This document shows positions 17,425 to 25,023 of a stretch of 35,224 nt of DNA, in pieces; position 1 is the first letter of the stretch; every line of letters starts with the position of its first letter. The position numbers and the translations under genes are program-made. The stretch is from Pseudobdellovibrionaceae bacterium (GTDB lineage: Bacteria; Bdellovibrionota; Bdellovibrionia; Bdellovibrionales; Bdellovibrionaceae). The notes under the pieces were generated by a model. It worked only from the letters and a program-made list of their open reading frames with translations. It had not been told where the DNA came from and did not search any database. Where the stretch lies: the NCBI GenBank assembly GCA_041288045.1, contig JBGGMM010000234.1:1-35224 (forward strand), written 5' to 3'.

Positions 17425-19197
17425 ATGTATGAATACGGATTGATCGGAAATTGTCAGGTTGCAGCGCTCATCAATCAAAAGGCCTCAGTCGAATGGCTTT
17501 GTTTTCCAAGGCCTGATAGCCCTCCGGTTTTTGGAAAACTTTTAGATCCTGATGGCGGTGATTTCTCGCTTGAACTCGAAAATCAAGTGAGCTGTCACCA
17601 GAAATACATTCAAAATACCAATGTCTTAGAAACCACTTTGGTGGATGAAAAAGGCGCCTCTGTTCGCGTCCTGGATTTTTGTCCTCGCTTTGAACAATTT
17701 GGTCGGATGTTTCGACCGCACTCTTTTTTTCGCATCGTTGAGCCCCAACACGGGACACCACTTTTGAAAGTGCGCTGTCAGCCCATTTGCGGCTGGGAAA
17801 AAGAGCAGCCACGAGCGGTTCGGGGCAGCAGTCATCTTCGCTATGATATTCGCGGTGAATCCATGCGACTCTACACCAGCATGTCCTTGACCTATTTGCT
17901 GGAAGGGATTTCGGTTCCCGTCCAGGAAAAAATCTATTTCGCTCTCACTTGGGGATCCAATCTGGAAGAAGCTCTGGAAGATGTGTCAGAGCGATTTTTG
18001 ACCAAAACTCTTGAGTACTGGCAGCACTGGGTTCAGCACTGCTCGATTCCCAGCCAGCATCAAAGTCAAACCATCCGCTCGGCTTTGGTGCTGAAACTTC
18101 ATTGCTATGAGGATACCGGCGCGATCCTGGCCAGTCTCACCACCAGTTTACCTGAAGAAATCGGCGGCGAGCGCAACTGGGACTACAGGCTCTGTTGGTT
18201 GCGGGATTCTTACTATGTGCTGACAGCTTTTCATGAGCTCGGACACTTTGAAGAGATGGAAGGCTTTTTGCGTTACCTCACTCGGCTGGCGCTCATGGAA
18301 AAAGAAGAGCGTTTAAAGCCTGTGTACATGTTGGATCAAAGACTGCCTTTGCCGGAAAGATCTTTGGAACATTGGCAGGGATTTCAGAATTCAAAACCTG
18401 TTCGCTTTCACAATCAAGCAGCCGAGCATGTGCAAAACGATGTCTATGGCGAAATGATTCTGACTCTGGCTCCGATTTTTTTCGATGAACGATTTTCGCA
18501 TTTGCGCAGCAAAGAAACCCAAGGCCTGCTTGAGTCTTTGGCTCTGCAAGCGGATCGAAGCATCTCGATTCCTGATGCGGGTCTGTGGGAGCTTCGAGAT
18601 GGCTGGCAGGAACACACTTTCACCAATTTAATGGCCTGGGCGGGGCTTGAGCGGATCCGCCGCATTCATCAGCTGGGTTATTTGAAAAACTTGAAGCTCA
18701 ATCCTGAAGAGTCAATGCAAAGAGCTGAAAAAGCCTTGCGAGCAGCAGTGGTTGAAGGTTCTTTGCGAAACGGCCCTAAGGATTCCAGTTTTGACTCTTC
18801 GATCTTGCAGCTTCCTTTGCTTCGCTATCCAGATCAAAATCTCTGCCGGCAGACAGTGCATGATATTGCAAAAAGTCTGATCTATCAGTCGAAGGGCAAA
18901 TCTTATCCGGGATTTCTCTATCGCTATTCAAGGCAAGATGATTTTGGCAAGCCCACCTCCTCTTTTCTGATTTGTTCTTTTTGGCTCGTCCAGGCTCTGG
19001 CCGAAGTCGGTGATCTTGAAGAGGCTCGAAAAGTGATGGATATTTTGCAGAAAGCGGCGAATAGTTTGGGTCTGTTCGCTGAGCATTACTGCCCGGATCG
19101 GCATCTGCAAACAGGGAATTTTCCGCAAGCTTACTCGCATGTCGGGCAGATTTTAGCTGCTTTCGCCGTGAGTCCTTTGTGGAAAGATGTCCTGTAA
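17425..19197 (+). CDS. Glycoside hydrolase family 15, trehalase/glucoamylase-like
   Basis: YGLIGNC, WLCFPRPDSP, TTSLPEEIGGERNWDYRLCWLRD, DAGLWELR, FLICSFW, GLFAEH and GNFPQAYSH. Confidence 0.92.
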   Translation: MYEYGLIGNCQVAALINQKASVEWLCFPRPDSPPVFGKLLDPDGGDFSLELENQVSCHQKYIQNTNVLETTLVDEKGASVRVLDFCPRFEQFGRMFRPHSFFRIVEPQHGTPLLKVRCQPICGWEKEQPRAVRGSSHLRYDIRGESMRLYTSMSLTYLLEGISVPVQEKIYFALTWGSNLEEALEDVSERFLTKTLEYWQHWVQHCSIPSQHQSQTIRSALVLKLHCYEDTGAILASLTTSLPEEIGGERNWDYRLCWLRDSYYVLTAFHELGHFEEMEGFLRYLTRLALMEKEERLKPVYMLDQRLPLPERSLEHWQGFQNSKPVRFHNQAAEHVQNDVYGEMILTLAPIFFDERFSHLRSKETQGLLESLALQADRSISIPDAGLWELRDGWQEHTFTNLMAWAGLERIRRIHQLGYLKNLKLNPEESMQRAEKALRAAVVEGSLRNGPKDSSFDSSILQLPLLRYPDQNLCRQTVHDIAKSLIYQSKGKSYPGFLYRYSRQDDFGKPTSSFLICSFWLVQALAEVGDLEEARKVMDILQKAANSLGLFAEHYCPDRHLQTGNFPQAYSHVGQILAAFAVSPLWKDVL

Positions 19198-19244
19198 ATC
19201 CAGAAAGCTTTGCTCTGACAGCTTGTCTCGATTAGCATTTCAAA

Positions 19245-19880
19245 ATGGACATTCGGAAGAAACTTTTTTGGCTGGGTCTTTTGGCGTTCTCATTCAGCGC
19301 CTTTTCCGTCTTGTGTCTCGATCAGCCATTGGCTTTGTGGTTGAAGGCCGTGAATGTGGGTCAATATTATCGGATCTATCGAACGCTTACAGATGCAGGT
19401 GAAGCTGTTTTTTATTTCACTTTTTCCGCATTGGGGTTGGCCGGGGCTTGGCTGACCTTGAGATTTTTTCCGAATCTCTCGCCGCGGATGCAAAAGCATT
19501 TTCAAACCTGGAAAGAGCGCAGTCTTTTCCTTCTGGCTTCGCTTTTAGCAAGTGGAGTTCTTTTGCATATTTTAAAAATGATTTTCGGCCGACAGAGACC
19601 GCATCGGACCGACAGTTTTGAAGCCCATGTTTTTCATCCTTTCAATTTGGACTGGCATTTTCATTCAATGCCCTCAGGTCACTCGCAGACTTTGCTGACA
19701 GTGGCGACTTTTTTTTGGATCACTTATCCAAAATCGGCTTGGATTGTTTTTCCGCTCGCGCTTTTTTTGTCTTTCACTCGCTTGGCGATGCAAGCGCATT
19801 TTCTGAGCGATGTGACAGTCGGAGCGTATGTGGGACTTGCCGTGACCTTGATTGTCGCTCGCAAAATGAAGCGGATTTAA
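19245..19880 (+). CDS. PAP2 family membrane phosphatase
   Basis: KMIFGRQRP, PSGH and TRLAMQAHFLSDV motifs; multiple TM helices. Confidence 0.9.
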   Translation: MDIRKKLFWLGLLAFSFSAFSVLCLDQPLALWLKAVNVGQYYRIYRTLTDAGEAVFYFTFSALGLAGAWLTLRFFPNLSPRMQKHFQTWKERSLFLLASLLASGVLLHILKMIFGRQRPHRTDSFEAHVFHPFNLDWHFHSMPSGHSQTLLTVATFFWITYPKSAWIVFPLALFLSFTRLAMQAHFLSDVTVGAYVGLAVTLIVARKMKRI

Positions 19881-20347
19881 TGCGGGCCGATCGGGCTTGA
19901 ATCTGATTGCATTCGACAGCAGACAGGTGAAAGGGGAATCGAATGGACAATGGCTCTGAGACCATTGCCTCTTCCATAATTTCTTTTTTCATGGTGCTTA
20001 TGAAAGCCAAGAGTTGTCAGGATTCCCTCTTCAGGTGGGGGAGCAATATCCAACCAGCCTTCCCAAACCGCAAAGGCTTTTGCGCCGTAAAAAAGAATTT
20101 GGCAGATCTTGGTTTTTCCTCTCGGTTTAAAAAAGACCTCAAGGCAATTTTCGTGATTGTCAAAACGACAAGGGCGCACCGAGTGGAGGGTGATGTGAAT
20201 CGTATGGGTCCCTGTTCCAAATGTACTTTCGAGCATCAGGGTGTAGCGCTTTCCCGGTGTCAGTTTGAGCAAATCACCAAAGGGATTGTAGAAATTTGAC
20301 TCGGGAAAAGAGGGAGTTTGAGCTGATTCAAATTGATTTCCAAGCAT
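19877..20347 (-). CDS. Hypothetical protein
   Basis: AAGAAGGA RBS before ATG 20347; 156 aa; no family recognised. Confidence 0.6.
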   Translation of the reverse strand: MLGNQFESAQTPSFPESNFYNPFGDLLKLTPGKRYTLMLESTFGTGTHTIHITLHSVRPCRFDNHENCLEVFFKPRGKTKICQILFYGAKAFAVWEGWLDIAPPPEEGILTTLGFHKHHEKRNYGRGNGLRAIVHSIPLSPVCCRMQSDSSPIGPH

Positions 20348-20370
20348 GAGATCCTTCTTAATTCAACTAG

Positions 20371-20401
20371 GAAAAATCCCACCGTTTCGGCAGGGTTTTT
20401 C
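20371..20401. terminator. Terminator-shaped hairpin between divergent genes
   Basis: GAAAAATCCCACCG-TTT-CGGCAGGGTTTTTC; GC stem flanked by A and T tracts. Confidence 0.5.
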
Positions 20402-20516
20402 TGAACTTGTTCTAAAGACTTTGCAAACTTGGTTCCTTCTTTCTGACACTGCGTGAGGACCGTGACTCTTGCGCTCGCGACCAAGCTTGTTAGAGTCAGT
20501 GGGGAGGGAGTTCAAG

Positions 20517-21050
20517 ATGACATGTCTAACTGGGATTCTGGCATTCTCATTTCTTTTTCTGACCTCAACTTCATGGGCTGAGATCAAGCCAGGCGATCCC
20601 TCTCCTCTTTTTTCCACAAAGACTCATGAAGGAAAAGATTTTGATCTTCAATCCCGCAAAGGCTCTTGGACAGTTCTTTATTTTTATCCAAAAGCGGGAA
20701 CTCCGGGGTGCACCAAACAAGCTTGTGCCTTTCGTGACAATATTGAAAAAATCCGCTCGCAAGGAGCAGAAGTTTTTGGCATCAGTTCGGATGGAGTCAA
20801 AGAACAAGCCGCTTTTCATCAGGAGCACAAATTGAATTTCACTTTGCTCGCTGATCCTGAAGCTGAGATTGTGAAAAAATTCGGAACCAAAATGCCAGCA
20901 GTGAATCTTTCAAAGAGATGGACCTTTATCATTGGTCCCGATTTAAAAATTCGTGACATTCAAAAAGACGTGGATCCGTTGATGGATGCGGAGCGAGTGG
21001 CGAAGAGAATCAAAGAACTCAAAACCCAGGTCACGTCTCCGCAAATTTAG
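20517..21050 (+). CDS. bcp: Peroxiredoxin Bcp/PrxQ with a signal peptide
   Basis: YFYPKAGTPGCTKQACAFRD, FGISSD, FTLLAD, RWTFII; GGAGGGAG RBS before ATG 20517. Confidence 0.9.
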   Translation: MTCLTGILAFSFLFLTSTSWAEIKPGDPSPLFSTKTHEGKDFDLQSRKGSWTVLYFYPKAGTPGCTKQACAFRDNIEKIRSQGAEVFGISSDGVKEQAAFHQEHKLNFTLLADPEAEIVKKFGTKMPAVNLSKRWTFIIGPDLKIRDIQKDVDPLMDAERVAKRIKELKTQVTSPQI

Positions 21051-21180
21051 AGTTAAAACTTTAAATATTGGATTTTTCTGACAATCTCTGGCACATGCGC
21101 TTATTTTTGTTCTGTCAGGAGAGCTTGAGCACCATTGCTTTTGAGCTGAGGAGGGTGCAGAACTTGTACCTCTCAGCAGT

Positions 21181-22449
21181 ATGAAAAAATTATTTCTTCT
21201 TCTCATTTTGTTCAATTCGACCTCGGCTCTGGCGAGCTTCACGGTCTCTGGAATTTCTTCAGGGGCTTTCATGGCCTCTCAATTGGGAGTGATCTATTCC
21301 GATCAGGTTTCTGGTGTGGGTTCGGTGGCTGGCGGTTTTTATTACTGTGCTCAAAACCACTTTCAAGAGCGTTTTCAGCAGGCCAAAATTCTCAACATCA
21401 GTTTTCTTTCGCTTTTTCAAGCTCGAGTGAAAAACGAAAATATTTTTTCTTGGAATCTGGATGGCCCCATTGGTCTTGATCCCAAAAATCCGATTTATCA
21501 ATCGGTCGGCATTTGCATGCGTGAACCAGAAAAATCTGTCATTCGGTTTGATGTCATGAAAAAGAATCAGGACGAGAGGCGAATTGCTGATCTGTCTAAT
21601 TTGAGAAATCAAAAAGTTTTTATCTATCAGGGAAAGTCGGATTCAGTGGTTCGCCCGGCCATGCTGGCGAAAATGAAAGAATTTTATCAGGCTCTGCAGA
21701 TTCCCGATTCGCAAGTGAAAATCGTTGAGGGCCGGGGAGGACATAATTTTCCCACGGATCAAGAGGGATTGGATTCTTGCTTTTCGCAATCTGTTCCTTA
21801 TGTGGCCTCTTGCAAAAATAATCTGGCAGGAGATCTCCTTTCGCATCTTTTGAATGATTCCAATTTGCTGCGCAGTCAGAATCAAAACGAGAATCTGAAA
21901 AATCTGCATTTGGTGACTCAAACGATGGGGGGAAGTCAAAAACCAAAATCCCTGGCCAGTTACGGTTATTTGGCGGCAAGCCCTGAATGTTTGAGCAATC
22001 CCGGTCAATGTCGCTTGCATGTGGCTTTTCACGGCTGTGCCATGTCCGATAGTTTCGATCAGGCTTTTGATGAGCGCTACTCTCAAGTGGCAAAGCTCGG
22101 CTACTTGCAAATGCGCAACAGGGAAGAGTCTCTTCCCTTTAGCACACTTCCTTATATTGAGCAGAGAGAACTCAAATTTGGACTGCTTCGCTTTGTGATG
22201 CAGTCTGGATATTTGGATTACGTGAAAGACAATCACTTGATGGTTCTTTTTCCGCAGACTTGGATCACAGAAGGCAATTACCCGATGAACCCCAAAGGCT
22301 GCTGGGATTGGTTTGGCTGGACGGGCTCTGAGTACGCCACCAATCAAGGGCAGGAACCTCAGTGGCTGATCCGATGGATTCAGCAAATGCAGCAGAATCC
22401 AAAAGCTTTTCTTTTGAACCGCTCCATTGATTTTAAAAAAGTGCAGTGA
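21181..22449 (+). CDS. Secreted polyhydroxybutyrate-depolymerase-like esterase
   Basis: Signal peptide; N-terminal lipase box VSGISSGAFMA; G.SDSVV, GHNFPT, CRLHVAFHGC and NPKGCWDWFGW. Confidence 0.8.
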   Translation: MKKLFLLLILFNSTSALASFTVSGISSGAFMASQLGVIYSDQVSGVGSVAGGFYYCAQNHFQERFQQAKILNISFLSLFQARVKNENIFSWNLDGPIGLDPKNPIYQSVGICMREPEKSVIRFDVMKKNQDERRIADLSNLRNQKVFIYQGKSDSVVRPAMLAKMKEFYQALQIPDSQVKIVEGRGGHNFPTDQEGLDSCFSQSVPYVASCKNNLAGDLLSHLLNDSNLLRSQNQNENLKNLHLVTQTMGGSQKPKSLASYGYLAASPECLSNPGQCRLHVAFHGCAMSDSFDQAFDERYSQVAKLGYLQMRNREESLPFSTLPYIEQRELKFGLLRFVMQSGYLDYVKDNHLMVLFPQTWITEGNYPMNPKGCWDWFGWTGSEYATNQGQEPQWLIRWIQQMQQNPKAFLLNRSIDFKKVQ

Positions 22450-22461
22450 TTTTCAAATCCT

Positions 22462-22494
22462 AGGTCGAGTGCGTGAATTTCAAACACTCGACCT
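22462..22494 (+). terminator. Probable terminator of the esterase gene
   Basis: AGGTCGAGTG / CACTCGACCT 10-bp IR, with a T tract shortly downstream. Confidence 0.6.
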
Positions 22495-22611
22495 TGACAG
22501 TTTTTTCTCTTTTCCCAAATTATTGAAAAGTTCATCTATTCCATTTTTAAAAATCAGCTGTCTCGAATTGAATCAAATTCTCAGAATTTGAAAGAAAGGA
22601 GGGCTCTCGAG

Positions 22612-22647
22612 ATGAAGCAGATGATTCCATTCAGCCATCCCCCTTAG
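22612..22647 (+). CDS. Candidate leader peptide MKQMIPFSHPP
   Basis: Strong SD AAGGAGG upstream of ATG 22612; TAG at 22645-22647. Confidence 0.35.
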   Translation: MKQMIPFSHPP

Positions 22648-22724
22648 CGGAGGACCGTCCATCATTTTTTCTGTCATTTCAAAATCAAAACCTAATTTCA
22701 AATTTTGTTTTTTTGGAGGAAGAC

Positions 22725-23084
22725 ATGAAACAAAGCGATTTACAAATCAAGTACTTGGATTTTCAACCTTCGGATTGGGCCCGACGGGGACTTGAAACTG
22801 TTTTGCAAGAAATCCATGACAAAGCTCCTGACGGTTCTCTGCTCAAAGCGAGCTTTTCGCGAAAAAAGAATCTTTTTAAGGGTGTGATCCAAATCCAATC
22901 ATCTTTAGGGCCTTTCTTTGCGGTGGCCACAGGTCCAGGTCTTCGCGAAGTCAGTGATAAATTGGCGCATCAAATGCAAAGACGCTTTGAGCGTTGGAAG
23001 GCCAAAAGGTTCAAACGACGCAGTCTGAAATTCCTGCGCCCTGAGCTTTCGGATTCGAATTGGCCGCGGGCTGAAAGTGCTTGA
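22725..23084 (+). CDS. HPF/RaiA-like ribosome-associated protein (putative)
   Basis: GGAGG RBS; beta-alpha-beta-beta-beta-alpha pattern with a basic terminal helix (DKLAHQMQRRFERWK). Family call by pattern only. Confidence 0.55.
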   Translation: MKQSDLQIKYLDFQPSDWARRGLETVLQEIHDKAPDGSLLKASFSRKKNLFKGVIQIQSSLGPFFAVATGPGLREVSDKLAHQMQRRFERWKAKRFKRRSLKFLRPELSDSNWPRAESA

Positions 23085-23097
23085 GGCGCAATAAATC

Positions 23098-23140
23098 AAA
23101 AGGGGCTTTCGCCAGATTGGGGAGGAAAGCCCCCAGCTTT
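23098..23140. terminator. Hairpin, probable terminator
   Basis: GGGGCTTTC (23102-23110) / GAAAGCCCC (23125-23133). Confidence 0.55.
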
Positions 23141-23199
23141 CAATTTGTCTAGGTGCGCTTTGAAGTGACCGACTTGAGTCACTCTGAGATGTTGGGCAC

Positions 23200-23631
23200 A
23201 TGAAAGATGCTTTTCGAAAATTTGCTCATGAAGTTTCAAATTTGGTGGGAGCCCCGCTGACTTTTTTAGTGGCTTGTCTGGCCATTTTACTGTGGGCTTG
23301 TTTGGGACCTATCTTTGATTATTCAGACACTTGGCAATTGATCATCAACACGTCGACAACCATAGTGACTTTTTTGATGGTTTTCTTGATTCAAAACACT
23401 CAAAGCCGGGACGCAAGAGCGATTCAACTGAAGTTGGATGAGCTGATTCGAGCATCCACACATGCTCGCAATAAACTCATCGATCTTGAAACTCTTTCAG
23501 ATAAAGAACTGGATCAGTTGCACAAGGATTTTGACCTCCTCAAAGAGGAGGCCGAAAAGAAAATCAAAGATATCAAAGAGCACAAACACATTCGGGGTCA
23601 GGGGCAGCGCTCAAAGTCGCTTCGCTCCTAA
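23200..23631 (+). CDS. Low-affinity iron permease (Fet4-like) family small membrane protein
   Basis: YSDTWQLIINTSTTIVTFLMVFLIQNTQSRD..AIQLKLDELIRA signature. Confidence 0.9.
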   Translation: MKDAFRKFAHEVSNLVGAPLTFLVACLAILLWACLGPIFDYSDTWQLIINTSTTIVTFLMVFLIQNTQSRDARAIQLKLDELIRASTHARNKLIDLETLSDKELDQLHKDFDLLKEEAEKKIKDIKEHKHIRGQGQRSKSLRS

Positions 23632-24663
23632 AGCTTCCAGCAAAGCTTCTTCAGAAATGGCTGGATAAGCCATGGTTTGGCAATGAACAGAGCCTTGAAG
23701 GTCATCCGATAAAGTGTTCGAAGGAATTCCAATCACTTTGTATCCCAAAGATTCGTAGACAGCTTTGGCCTCTTGATCTTTGCTCACACCATAAGTGGGC
23801 ATAAAAGCGGTTTGCCCGACAATCAGAGAGTTGGCGTAAGTGCGAAAGCTATTGGGGATGGATGGAAGCAGAGTCACTTCATAGCCCAATTCCTGGAGCT
23901 CTTGGACGTAGGCCGAATTGTTGGTGAGAGCTTTGTGATTGGGAAGGATTTTGACAACTTCATCCACATCACCAATGCCCTGCAAGTGTTTGAAAAAATG
24001 AACGGATTTGCAACCATAAGCGGACTTGAGATCATTTTCAGTGGTGTCAAAAAGACGAGGACTTTTCACAGAAAAGCATTGGCCATCATGGTCCGCCATC
24101 AGGTTTCCACCAACGAAAGTGAAATCATAATTTCGCATTTCGAGATTGAGGCTCTTGGCAATATCGGGACCCGACCAGAAAGGTCTTTTGTATTCGGCTT
24201 TCACCAGGGACAGTTCATTTTTAGAATTCACCACAGGATAGGGGAAAGAGTCTCGAGCCCAGAATCCGCCACTGATATTGTCACTCACGGCAAAAATCAC
24301 TCGGTCCAAAGAAATGGACTTTGAGTAAGTGCGCTTCACATGATCGAGGTCATAAGGCTCAACTAAAACCACCAGTTTCACGCCTTCAGGTAAATTTTTG
24401 GCGATGGTGGAACGCAAGTTTTCAGCTTCACTGAAGCTGGCTTCGGAGCTTAAGAGAACGTATTTGAAATCAGCGGTGTCTGTGGCAGGAACTTCATCGG
24501 CTTGCAGGCGAGGATAAAATCGAGGAGATCCGTAATTGGGTTTTTGCTTCAGTGCTTGAAGCTCTTCGGCGGTGGCTCCGTGCTGCAGAGATTGTTTCCA
24601 ATCACTGGCAAATAAAGACGAGTGAAAAAGTAGAACGAAGACAGCAAATAAAAAACGATTCAT
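23611..24663 (-). CDS. Secreted agmatine/peptidyl-arginine deiminase family protein
   Basis: Signal peptide; WARD, GGN, G[D]VDE, YANSLI and GSVHCQT (catalytic Cys). Confidence 0.8.
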   Translation of the reverse strand: MNRFLFAVFVLLFHSSLFASDWKQSLQHGATAEELQALKQKPNYGSPRFYPRLQADEVPATDTADFKYVLLSSEASFSEAENLRSTIAKNLPEGVKLVVLVEPYDLDHVKRTYSKSISLDRVIFAVSDNISGGFWARDSFPYPVVNSKNELSLVKAEYKRPFWSGPDIAKSLNLEMRNYDFTFVGGNLMADHDGQCFSVKSPRLFDTTENDLKSAYGCKSVHFFKHLQGIGDVDEVVKILPNHKALTNNSAYVQELQELGYEVTLLPSIPNSFRTYANSLIVGQTAFMPTYGVSKDQEAKAVYESLGYKVIGIPSNTLSDDLQGSVHCQTMAYPAISEEALLEALGAKRL

Positions 24664-25023
24664 AGGACCCCCTCTATTTCCGATTCTAGGCAGCTCGGTT
24701 AAGAAAACACCAAGAATATGTGCTGCATCATTCGGCAGAAGCAGTCAATTTCGAGGATAAGAAAAGAAAAATTGAAAATCGTCTGTTTTTCGAATTGGTG
24801 ATCGGCATTGTGAACAATCTGGTCAGATGTCGAAGATGATTTCACGAGAGAAATTCTTCGACAGCTTTGATTTTGATTTGGAAAAAGCTCTTTTTTTCTT
24901 TGTCTCATTTTGAGATTCTCCCTCTCATCCTTTAGACTTCGTGCAGATTTTCTTCTAATCTAATTTCGTTGACCGTTTCTGCTGGCCGTAGGTTCTTTTA
25001 AAATTTCAAGTTGAGGACAAAAA

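Noticed and set aside
24903..24915. TCTCA-N3-TGAGA palindrome, with weaker look-alikes near 12753, 22561 and 23177
   Set aside because: Only one perfect copy; too short and degenerate to call a shared regulator site from this window.
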